Assembly (NCBI GenBank): GCA_905178155.1
Contig: CAJINV010000012.1
Location: forward strand, 2,196,166-2,260,165
DNA length: 64,000 nucleotides
Source: Amoebophrya sp. A120
Taxonomy: Eukaryota > Protista > Dinoflagellata
Reading direction: 5' to 3'
Below, piece by piece: positions 41,101 to 52,089 of this stretch (positions within the stretch are counted from its first letter, which is position 1; every line of letters begins with the position of its first letter). The notes under the pieces were generated by a model that worked only from the letters and a program-made list of their open reading frames with translations, searched no databases and had not been told where the DNA came from. Made by a program: the position numbers and the translations under genes.

Positions 41101-42081
41101 GCCCTGGTGGTTGAACAGAGACACCGCACTGGAGAAAGAGGAGGACCGATGGTTGACGAACTTCGCTGAGTAGCGAAGAAGATCGGCAAAATTATGCTCC
41201 TCAGGTGCAGGTCGTGGAGCACGTGGAGTTGTGTGACCCGAGTCGGCGTGCTGGTGCTGCGACAGAACAATCGTGGCTTCATCTTGTGCTGCTTGCTTCA
41301 CCAGATTCGAATCGTCTGCTGCCTGAATCGCGAGCGGCAGTGACTGTAAAACACTAGTCGCACTGGCCGCGCCGGGGAAGTCGTAGAGATTGTGATTGTC
41401 GTGGTCTTGTTCGTCTGGGGGGTTGTTTGTGTTTCTGTAGTTGAACAATGCTTCACTAGATACCAGTTTTCGCAGCGGCGCGGAGTACACTTTTCCGTAG
41501 TTCAAATAATCCTGCCTCGCGGTTCTCCCCCGGTAGTACTGCCCAAAGGTCGCTTGGTACAACAGAAAAGTGGCGCCAATGGCGAAAATTGACAGAACCT
41601 GGCAGTCGTCAGTCAGCTTCTTGATGTCGTGTTTAGAAGATGTTGGTGCTCCTTCTCGTCCTCGACCATGACCTTTTTTACCCTCATCTTTTATTCTCCG
41701 GCTGCAACACCTCTCGCAAAGTCGGCAGCAGCAGCAGCAGCAACAGAATCCCAATACGCCTCTGGCGATCGAGGAAAACCGGAGTAAAACGAGGAAGAGG
41801 GCGAGAATCGCTATCAGAAACGGGATGGCGATCCCGTGGATGAACCGTTGCTCGAAAGGGAGAAGTATCCCATCATCCTCATGCAACAATGCCGCACCAG
41901 GAGAAGCTCCCGCCTTGTAGTGTACCGTACTTCTGGGAAAATCCCCGTGCGGCCAAAGAACCTCCACGAAATCGAGAAAGCTGAAGTAAAAAAGCAGCAA
42001 CGTAGCAGAAACCGTCGTGAGGCACAGCCACGTGGAATACAGACAGGCCAGAGGCTTCATGTTCCTCGCTGGTTGCGACAA
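38123..42081 (-). CDS. Hypothetical multi-pass membrane protein
   Basis: ORFs 40135-42081, 38881-39717 and 38123-38932 are separated by two introners (junction KCL|LLSALWFF checked); several hydrophobic helices. Confidence 0.78.
38705..38917. mobile_element. Introner-like TIR element, family H
   Basis: Flanked by gccaa; tatgcaaaaaaaaactgtgttagtgtaa / ttacacttacacagtttttttcttgcata. Confidence 0.9.
39875..40139. mobile_element. Introner-like TIR element, family A
   Basis: Flanks ggaga/ggagg; family A TIR. Confidence 0.88.
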
Positions 42082-42728
42082 GACTTTCGGTTCACTGGTT
42101 GAACTTCTAACGATCTTGGTCTTAGCAGGTGCAGGTTTTAGTACGTGTTATCATTCATACAAAATTCTAGCTCAACAAATTGTAGTTCTAGTTCGCAAAA
42201 ATGTGATACCGGCAAGTGCGTATGGATCTTGATCGACCACGAACTTCCGAAACGTTAACGTTCCTTGAAAATAAGATCTGAATTGCCGGCGCAAGAAAAG
42301 ACGCCTGTTCCGCTATCGATGCTGCACGAGATTCTCTCTGTAGTTTCTGTCTGAGACAGATACGGACCTTGCTCGTCTTGTGGTCGAAAAAAATAAGACA
42401 AAAATTAAAATTGATCGTACTCGTCCAATTGATCCTGCTTAAGGTTGAGACGAACACGAACAGCTTTGCAAAGGATGTTGACTCATGCCGCTACCGCTGC
42501 TTCCGAATCCGCTCTGGCTTCTTTGAAGGCGCTGGAGCCGCTTCGAGAAAGTTTTTTGTTTTTTTTCACGACGAAGGTGCAAGTGTCTTTCAAAAAAATC
42601 CGAATCACGCACACGATACTCTTTCTGTTGTATGTGCAGCGGAAGCGGGAATCGAAAGATAGTACACAGCGCCATCGTGTTAATATCGTCGTTGTAGCTA
42701 CAACTTCTAGGACGGAAGAGCTGCGACG

Positions 42729-45700
42729 TCACGACGGTCTCGCGACTTCCGCCACGACTACCCTGGGAAACTGGGTCCAATCTAGTTTGAAGCCGAGCAG
42801 CTGAAACAGAATCTCCTCGTCTTCATCGAGATGGTGAGATGCGTCGTTCGTGTTTTCCTCTTTCCAAACAGCGGAACTGCCATGCTGGTACAGCTCCGCG
42901 ACCGCCAGCTCATCGTGCCGATCGTGCTGTCCGGCGGGAAGGTGTGATTTATTCCCATCCACTACCGGTTGAACTGTCAAACCCCGATGCTTGTTCATCA
43001 TCGAAACCATATTGGCACCAGTAGAACTTCGGTTCGCTAAACTTTTTCTTGCAGGAGCCTGCTGCTGGTGTAGAGTATGTGTATGGCCAGCATTCTGCGC
43101 GTCGTTGTGTTGACTGTCACCTTTACCAACATGTTCTTGACCATGAACATGCTTTCCACGAAGATGGTGTTCGCCATGAAGATCACGATGATCGTGATCC
43201 TCTTTTGTTTCGCCATAAAACGAAAACAATGACGGCCGACTTTTCCGCGTACTGGGTGGGCTGTGTGCTGTTGATGGGCCTTTGGCATGTAGTTGATGTA
43301 CATGCGTCCCTTGTTTTCCCTTCGCGCTAGTATGGTGCTTTGATGTAGTAGAAGCACCAGCAGTTGTGGACGTAGGAGCCCCGTGAGATGATGATGCTGA
43401 TCTACCTTTTGCGCTTTTTCCAGTTTTGTCATGCTTGTTACCAGCAGCACTTCGTAGCGACGAAAAGTCCAAAAACTCCTTTTCCCACTCCAGCACCCCT
43501 ATCCTGTGCAAAAGTATCGTAGTCGTACTAATTGCAAATATGCATGACAAATCTCCTTCCTAAGGTAAAACAGCATTACAAATTCCACTTTTCTTCTTGC
43601 CAAAATTTGTGATGCAATTTATACTAGTACGATACTTTTGCGATGCATAACCCCGTACTGCCATCGATGTTTCAAATTCTTGTCCACTGCGAGGTTCGTA
43701 TTAAATGCAAAAGTGTCTGGGTCTGGAATGTTGCCGGGTTTGTCATGCATATTTTGCATGACCCAGGATGTCTGTAATGCACGACCTAGCATCACAGATT
43801 TTTAGATGGCTTCCTGATGCCTACTCCGCATGACAAATGCCGTCCCCGCGTAACACAAACTAGACTCCTCTTGCTGGTCATGCAATGCAGATTTTTTTAG
43901 AGTCCAAAGTTCGCATCACAAGTTCCAACCTTCCAGACCCAGACATTTTTACACTTCATAGTTCGCTAGCTGATACGGTATCTTATTTTCGACGCTTTTT
44001 TGATCGTTTTCAACATGATCTATCCTGAGTAAAAACGTCCCCACACCAGAGTTGTCATGCAGATTTGCAATGACAGGAACATTTGTAATGCGCATCGCCA
44101 GGAGAGGCATTTTTAGTCGTGTTTTGGAATTTGTAATGCTGTAAACAGGATGAGCAGATGGATTTCTTATGCAGCTGGCCTTGCGAACCTGCACTACATT
44201 ACGGACTGCAACCTGTGATGCGTGACCCCCAAAAGTTCTAGGTTTGTGTTGCAAAATCACCATCTTGACTCTGGTGTGGGGATGTTTTTACTCAGGATAT
44301 GATCTGCGGCTATCTTATTCTTTTCAAGAAACACCAATTCCCGCCGCAACCGTTTCCCTTCGAATTCCTCCCTGACTTTGTCGTCAAAAACCGCTTTCCG
44401 CTTCCGAAAGAGCAGCTCAATCGGCCGCTGCAAGTCTCGTTTGTTCAGGATTTTTCTTGCGTCCGTTTCATCTTCGTAGGAAACATTGACAATTCGGTCT
44501 ACTCTCTGTCGCAGCTTGAAAAGCTTTTCTTCTTGAGTTTCACCCGCCAAGTCGTCTGGTGCTGTTTTTTTGCTCTTAGTCCCCTCGTCATCATCAGCCG
44601 CAACTTCACTGACCAGCTGGTTCCCAATCATGATGACTTCGTCGTCAAACAGGAGCTGTTGTGCAGTGCAAAAGTATCGCACTCGCATAAATGCATTAGA
44701 AATTTCCTCAGCATGAGAAATAAAATTTGTAATGCTGATCTACCTCAAGAAAAAGACTTGTAATGCATGATTGCAATACGAGATACTTTTGCACAGGATA
44801 GCTGCCGATCCACCGCCCAGCCCTGACGTTTCAAGTATTTGATTCGCCCCTGCTCCAAGCGCAAGTCTAATTCCACGTCTTCCAATCCCGCGTGCAATAT
44901 GCATCGCAAAAGTATCGTACTAGTACTACCTAGTTGTACTACTTGCATGACAAATTTTCCTAGCATGGCAAATGAAATTTGTCATGCTAGTACATTACCT
45001 AGGAAATTAGATTTGTCATGCCTGATTGCGATCACTACGAGTACGATACTTTTGCAGTGGATATGCAACTGCAAGTAGCAATCCGCGAACTTTTTCGGCA
45101 TAAAGGACATGGTGAAGCAAGGCACTTCCAATCGGTCGGCCCGACGGATCAATTTCTGTATGCAATACAAATTTCCCTTACATGTACAAGATGCATCACA
45201 AATTTCACCAATTTGGGACGTAAAACTTGTCATGCTGAACTAGGATCGAAGCCAAGTTTTGTCATGCGGAGACCGCACTTGTAGTTGTACGTGTACGGGA
45301 AATTTACTGTGGATATTCTGGAGTAGAGCGTCATTTGCCGTTTTCTTCTCGGTTGTCCAGGTGGGCACACTGGTAATTTTTTCCTTGCAAATGGCTAGAA
45401 CCACGTCTCCCTCTCGCATGCCCGCCTTGTAGGCGAGGGGGCGGGCCGCGGGGGGAAGGGCGGGAAGGGCCAGCGCCGGGGCGTGGTGGTGGCCGCTTGT
45501 ATAGTCCGCGGGTAGAACTACAAGTCGAGCGGCGCGAGGCGTTCCTGTTTCATCTCCATCATGCGGGGTGACGTGTTTGACTTTTTGTGCTTGCTCTACT
45601 TTATGTAGTGAGTCCGGCTGTTCTTGTTCCGGTTGTTCACTTTTCCCAGGAACGTGATTAAGTTGAAATCGCTCAGCGACATGTTGATCTTGCCTTCTTT

Positions 45701-48700
45701 CTCGCCCCCGAATCTCCTCCATCACGTACCGGAACCGTTTCTGCTGCTTTTCGTTTTCATTTTTCTGCTCGTGTCGGCCGTGGGCGGTGCCCGCGTTTGT
45801 GTGATCTAGGATGAACTCTGTGATGTTTTGTTCCAGATGGGAAAACAGCGGAGGAGCGGGGGGCAAGGGAGAAGTGCTGGTCATCTGTGTTTTGTAATTC
45901 CCACTTTCTTGTTCGTTGTCATGCTCGCCTGAAGCAGGAGTGCTGTCCTTCGCATGGTTAGCTTGTTCCCCATGTTGTCTGTGTGCATCGTTGTCTGTTC
46001 CGAGAGTCGGGTCGCTCTTTCGCTGGCCTGACGGAAGAAGATGAAAAGATGAAGACGCAGCTTGCTGTGGACGACCAGAGACTTCAGTTTGTTGAGAAGG
46101 GGATGCGCTGCGTTCTACTGGCGATTCCACTTCGAAATTCTCCCGATCCGCCATCTTGAACATGGTTTCCAGCAGCTGTTGCGAGTACAAGTTGGCGCTC
46201 TCCAAATGTACTCGTGCTGCGCCGAAGTGATTGTCAAATGTGGTTGCGCCAGCAGCGCCAATCATGATATCGCTAGTTGTAGTACCGGAGGACGGCTGAT
46301 GATGAACTGCAAAAATGTCTGGGTCTGGAAGAATGCATGTTTGTCATGCTTGTCTGGCATGACTTTTAAATCTGTCATGCACGTTACCCAAGAGCCCCAT
46401 TTTTCTGTCATGCAGAAGCGCAGTTTGTCATGCAGAATAGGCAACACCCAGGACCTCAGAAACTTGTCATGCTGAGCCAGCATTTGTAGCCTCGTCATGA
46501 GACGCCACCCAGCATCACAAGTTTCCAGACCCAGACATTTTTACATTTGATACTGCTGATGAAGCAGCAACGTGTCCTCTACCTCTGGAATTGAAATGGT
46601 CCCGAGATGCGTAGTCCGCAACACAACGTCCCGCGGCACAGGCGGAAATTTTGGACGAAAGGAGGGGTCCTCCGTGAGGGATTTCCGCGCGAGAACCGAC
46701 TGCTGCATCCTCCGTTTCGCGGGAAGTAGACCGCGACTTGCTTCTTCTGCTTCTTCGATGTCCGCGCCGAGGTCTAGGCTGCCTTCATCCTCGGACAAAT
46801 CGACGTCGACCCCCCGGTCGACAGCTAATGATGTTCTACGGATTATCTCCCCCTCAGAACCAACAAAAGCGCCATTTTTTCGACCTGCAAAGCCACTCTT
46901 TCCTTTTCCCTTTTTCGCTGCGTAGGCAGCGGCTTTTCCGAGGGCAAAAATGGTTGCGGCCCCTTTCGTTTTGCCCTTTTTGGAGATGGAGGTGGCTGCT
47001 CCAGCAAGAGACCTGCGGGCGGCCGATGGAATGGTTCCTGTAGCAGCTGCTGCTGAATCCAAATGGTCCTCATGATCTTCATGCAGTTTGTCGCCTTTGC
47101 CTTTTTTATGGCCTTTTTTGTGGTGGTGGGCCTGATGGTGACCGTGGTGCTTTAGGTGATGAAGATCTTCGTCATGGTCGTGCTCATCTGTGTGATGCGA
47201 TTCCCTGTCATGTTCAGTGTGCATGTGGCCGTGGCGCTTTTGCTTGCCGTGCTTATGCTTTCCCTTTCCCTTCTTACCGGTGCGTCTTTTCTTGTGGTGC
47301 GCGTCATCGTGGAGACCCTCATGTTGGAGGTGTAGCTCTGCATCTTCGTGCTCCATCTCAGCAGCGAGCGAAGTTGTAGCTTCAGCTTCGTATTCTAGAT
47401 TTCCATCATCCTCCTCGTGCTCGCCGTCCTCGGCGGCGGCCTCATCCAACTCTGTCTGCTGCGCAGCAGGCGGCCTGGCTTCGTAGTTTCCTGCCCCTGT
47501 AAAAACACCTTCACCTATGCCGGCTTCAGTTCCAGCACCAACATCTTCCTCGTCCACCTGTTGTACGGTCTCAAACTCGTCCACCACTTCTCCCACTTCC
47601 TATGGCGTTCTCAAACGTTACCCTCTCAATTGTTGCATGGATTTGTCATGCATACCCGACTGCACCACATCAAAAGCCTTAGCATGGATTTGTCATGCAA
47701 AACTCTCATCAGTATCTACATCATCAAGCTGCCTCGCATGACAAATGTCCGAAGAGCTGAACAGCATCTAAATCTTCTGTGCCAAACCTGTATTGCAAAA
47801 GGCGAATTCTTCCCCCTTGCACTCTTGCCATTCTTGCATTACAAATCCATGCAGCGGTTGAGATGTAATATTTGAGAACGCCACACTTCTATGTCTTCAG
47901 TTTCAACTCGAACCGGCTCCACTTCCAACTCGGTTACCAAATCCGATACGCCGCCCGCACTGGTGCCCAATTTTCTTTTCGTCTTCTTCACTTTCCGCTT
48001 CGGTTTATTTGTCGGCCTGCTAGATGAAAGAAGAGGAGGACCACCTACTTCGGAGGCAAGTTGAGACGGTAGCTCAGCATCCGCGGCTGCAACATCGCTC
48101 GTCTCCTCCCCGTTTTCATCCTCTTCTTCCACGCTATCCGCCGCACCACTGTCCGACGGTGTTTGCAACGCTAACAGCCCTCCATCCGCATTCATGAATT
48201 TTGCTTCTTCCGGGACGGCTTCGACTAGTAACAACCCGTTTTCAGCTAGTGCAGTTTTTTTCATTTCGTCCAAGAGCTCGGCTTCGTCATCTGCGAGTAG
48301 TGCCTCTGCTTCAATATCAACGTCCTCTGGTGGGAGAAGCGTCGCGGTCTGCAAAAACTCCGGCAACTCTTCCCTTTTCCGAATCACACCCATAGACTCC
48401 ATCGCCGTGGCAATTACCTCCTTCCCCTGATCCAGCAATGTAGCCGCGTTGGAGTCTTCAGACTTCAGTAGTTTGCTCGCCGGATCTCTTAATAGCGCGT
48501 CGATGTCCTGCTCCTGTTCCTTCTTCTTGCTGTCCTTGTAGATCCGCAGTTTCGACTCTTCCTTGAACAACGCAACCTCCGCCGCTTCTAGTTTCGCGTG
48601 GAGCACTTCCAGATCCTCCGGCATGGCGCTCTCAAACGTTACATTCTCAACTGTTTACATTAAATTTGTAATGCACCAATGGAAAAAGGGAAAGGGGAAA

Positions 48701-51258
48701 GGTTGCGCCTTTTGCATTACAGGTTTGGAGGAGATTATAATGCTATCTAGCGCGTCGAGAACTTGTCATGCGAAGCAGCTTGATCATGTAGATTCTGATG
48801 CCAATATTGCATGACAAATTCATCGAACAGTTGAGAGTGTAACGTTTGAGAATCCCATATCCGGCTCAATCAACGTCGAAACGTCGATCGCGTGCTCGAT
48901 TTGCTTCACCAGCTTCTCTATGAACTGCAAAAGTATCGTACTCGTAGTAATTGCTGTTATGCATGGCAAAGCTCTCTGTGTCTCCTGACGAGCGAGGTAA
49001 AACAGCTGCTCCTGCTGTTTCACAGCATTACAAATTTCATGTGTAATGCTGAGCCAATTTGTAATGCGATTTATATCACTTCTACGATGCTTTTGCAATG
49101 CATATTCTCCAACTTCCCCGCCCGGATTTTCGAGTGCCGCGCGAAGTGAATTTTGTCGTTCGCTTGCTTCAGGATTTTGTTGATCTCCTGTTGCTCTTGC
49201 TCGGTCGGTTTCAACACTTTATTCAGTTCTGTTGTGCCGAGCGTTTCTTCGTCGGCAGCTGCCGTGGTCGTCCCACCTGCCGCTGAAGAAATTATACCTG
49301 CAGTCGCACTCTTTTGAACTCTGTCCACCAAACCGGCAGAGTGATCTGCAATCGCGTTACCAATGCGATTTACGTGTCCCGGGGCGTCGGCGACGTGCTT
49401 ACTAACGTGATGCCTTACTGTTTTCACCGCATCGTGGCCGAGAATTTTATCAAACGTGGATTTCAAAAAATGCGTCACCGTATTTTCATCGCTGTCAAAA
49501 GCGCTGCTAGAAGAGGAAGAAGGCTGGTTTTTTTTCTTCTTCTTCTGACGGCTTTTATTTCTCTTTGTTCCTCCAGTATCCTTGTTGGTCAAAATTTCCG
49601 CTTGTTTCAGAATCGCTTTCTGCAACTCATCCTGCTCTTTTCTCTCGGTTGGCATACCCAGGGTTTGGTTTACCTCCGTTAAACGCTGCTGCAGCTCCAT
49701 CCGTTCCTGCAAGAGTAACAGACTTTCGTTTTTTTTCTTCTTCAAACTCGATTTCCGCTTCGGAGAAGAAGTTTTTTTTGCGGTCGTGTCGGTAGGTGAA
49801 GAAGTTGATGCAGGAGAAGCTTTTCTTTCGTCTTCGAACTCTTGTCCGCTAGTTGTGCCAGTAGTGCTTTCACGTCTCCCGCGTGAAGAAGTACCAGATC
49901 CCTGCTGCTCTCGCTTGTTGTTTCTTTTGATGCCTCCAAGAGCCGCTCCTTCATTTTCTGAAGAAGTGTCCCCGGCGATAATGCCGCCTCGCTTGATTTT
50001 CATCACTTTTGGCGCCACGATGTCGTCGTTCATTTTCTTCCGCAACACCTTATACATCGCAAAAGTATCGCACTTGTGTCGTTTGCGTTTCGAATTCGAT
50101 TCGTACTAAGCGCAGTCATGCATTACAAATTTCTTAGTCAAGGTAAGTCCGCATTACAAATTGTATTTCTCACGCCGAGAAAATAATTTGTAATGCATTT
50201 ATCCGAGTAGAAGTACGATACAGATACTTTTGCACAGCATACAATTTCGCACTGGCTGATTTTCTACCCAAAGCAGACGATCCACCTGGCCTTTCCAGCT
50301 GTTGCAGGAGTTCCGGTTTCTCCTTTTTCCGAATCTTCTCGATCTCGTCCTCGTGTGCCACAATCGGCGGGACGTTCATGCGGACCAGGGTTTCCTCCAG
50401 GATCTTCTTCATGAGGGCGTCGTGATCTAAAATTTCGGGCAGCACGGGCATTTCCGCACGCGGGGGGAGAGGGGACAAATTTTTGAGGTCGAGAGTGGAG
50501 GCGGCGGGCGGTGAGGGTGGTCGTGAGGAATCTGGCTCAACACCTTCTAGTTTAGCCGGCGCTCCCGGTAGAAGTTCCGCAGCCCTCTTGCCTGTGTTTT
50601 GTTGAAACCCCACCGGCACGCCTTGACGAGGAGGATCTTTTTCTGACGGCGATGATTTTACTTTTATTGCTGTTTGCTCTTTACTGTAGTTCGACGTACT
50701 CAGAGCTACTTTTTTTGGTCTAATATTCCCCACTTCAGGCGGAGGCGGCGCATCTTGAGCGGGGCTTTTTTTCTTGGTAACGGCTTTTTTCTTCTTTCTT
50801 CTCTTCTGCGCGGCGGAATCAGGACTGCTCGTGTGCTCCAGAATCAAATCATCCATGTGAACGCCGTCTTCCTGGTCATTGTCGTTTTCATCATCATCAG
50901 CTTCATCAAGGCTGGTTGGTGAAACAGCTTCACTTGGTCGCTGGTCAACAACAACGGTGTCGCGGTCATTCGCAAACAGGAACGCTGGCGGTGGTGGTGA
51001 ACCTACTCCTGTGCTCAGGAGAGTTGTAGGCTGTTCCGTATCAATTCTATCAGTCGGCAGTGGCACTTCTTCTCCATTTTCATGACGATACGAACTGGAA
51101 GAGGCTGATGACGCCGAGGACGACACCCGGTGCACGTGCAACTTTTTTTTCTTGTTGTCCTGCTGCAGAAACACACCCGGAAAGTCCCAGGGCCGCATGA
51201 TATACTCCTCTGGTACACCGACTGCGGAGGAGGTGCGATCGTTCTTTCTCGACGTCAT
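42729..51258 (-). CDS. Very large low-complexity/coiled-coil protein split by 11 introners; His-rich tracts and a PDZ-like fragment
   Basis: Frame continuity checked across 50051, 45159, 44898, 44660, 44021, 43699 and 43500; AYKAGMREGDVVLAI resembles the C-terminal half of a PDZ domain. Confidence 0.72.
43500..43649. mobile_element. Introner-like TIR element, family D
   Basis: Flanked by acccc; family D TIR. Confidence 0.9.
43699..43960. mobile_element. Introner-like TIR element, family A (inverted relative to 39875)
   Basis: Flanked by gttcg; family A TIR. Confidence 0.9.
44021..44299. mobile_element. Introner-like TIR element, family C
   Basis: Flanked by tgatc; tatcctgagtaaaaac / gtttttactcaggata. 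Confidence 0.92.
44660..44800. mobile_element. Introner-like TIR element, family D (inverted)
   Basis: Flanks gctgt/gctgc; left end is TGT. Confidence 0.87.
44898..45063. mobile_element. Introner-like TIR element, family D (inverted)
   Basis: Flanked by tgcaa; family D TIR. Confidence 0.9.
45159..45315. mobile_element. Introner-like TIR element, family I
   Basis: Flanked by ttctg; similar to 16507-16662. Confidence 0.88.
46301..46552. mobile_element. Introner-like TIR element, family A (young subfamily)
   Basis: Flanks ctgat/ctgct; left end is GAT; interior very similar to 16713 and 30785. Confidence 0.9.
47601..47885. mobile_element. Introner-like TIR element, family E
   Basis: Flanks cttcc/cttct; tatggcgttctcaaa / tttgagaacgccaca; gcatggatttgtcatgca repeated internally. 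Confidence 0.88.
48622..48859. mobile_element. Introner-like TIR element, family E (inverted)
   Basis: Flanked by tccgg; ctcaaacgttaca / tgtaacgtttgag. Confidence 0.9.
48919..49104. mobile_element. Introner-like TIR element, family D
   Basis: Flanked by ttctc; family D TIR. Confidence 0.9.
50051..50241. mobile_element. Introner-like TIR element, family D (aged)
   Basis: Flanks cacct/caatt; gcaaaagtatc / gatacttttgc. Confidence 0.82.
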
Positions 51259-52089
51259 CGCTGGTCTTTTTGCGTTGAATGCAGAACGGAAAATGAAGTT
51301 GTACAGATGTCGTGCTAGGGTATGACAGATTTTCAACAACTTCAACCAAGAATATTATATACGCGCTCCTGGTGCGCCAGCGCCCCATAATCTCAATTTC
51401 CAAAAGAAACACAAACACTTCTTTAAGACAGATAGGACTTCCATAGAGAAAACAGCTTTTCACATGTTGGCTTGTGATCGATGGAGTCTTGTTCTTTCAC
51501 CTCATGACGTCGGCATCGGCAGCCTCATCGGCGTTAGGACTTGACACGACCGAAATGGGATCCCGACGACCAACTACACGACGTTGACGATCATGTGAGA
51601 GCAGAATTGGGATGATTTTTTTCACGATTCAGGCGACGAAAGGTAAACGGATCATCAGTTGTCAAGGCGACGGAAGCAAGAACTTGGACGCGAACGATCG
51701 TGATATTGCTGGCTTATGCGCATATTCATACTTATCCCCATCGAAGATTTTCAAAACGTCGTCAATGAAGGCTGTCGCACAATCAGACCGATAGGACGAG
51801 CACGAGGGTGTAATCATCAAACTGTAGCAGTTGCTGATAATTCTAGAAGTTGCTACTGCTGTGACACTGTAACTACAAAGACTGCGCCCTTTCGTCTTCC
51901 ACACGCGCAAGAACAAGGACCTACTGACGAGAAAGAACAAAAACGGTCCTCGCAGCTATTTCGGCAGCCCGGTTGTAGTCATCCCGGCTCCTGTAGCAGC
52001 AGCGGTAGGCACAGATGAAGTGGCTTCGATAATTTTGGTTTGATTTACTTGTCCTGTACTGCAGCAGAGTAGCGAATCTTACAGTTTCG

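Noticed and set aside
16507-50241. Mismatches between flanking repeats being synonymous (both copies under coding constraint)
   Set aside because: Several checked cases change the amino acid (18929, 19273, 16507, 29009), which fits simple decay
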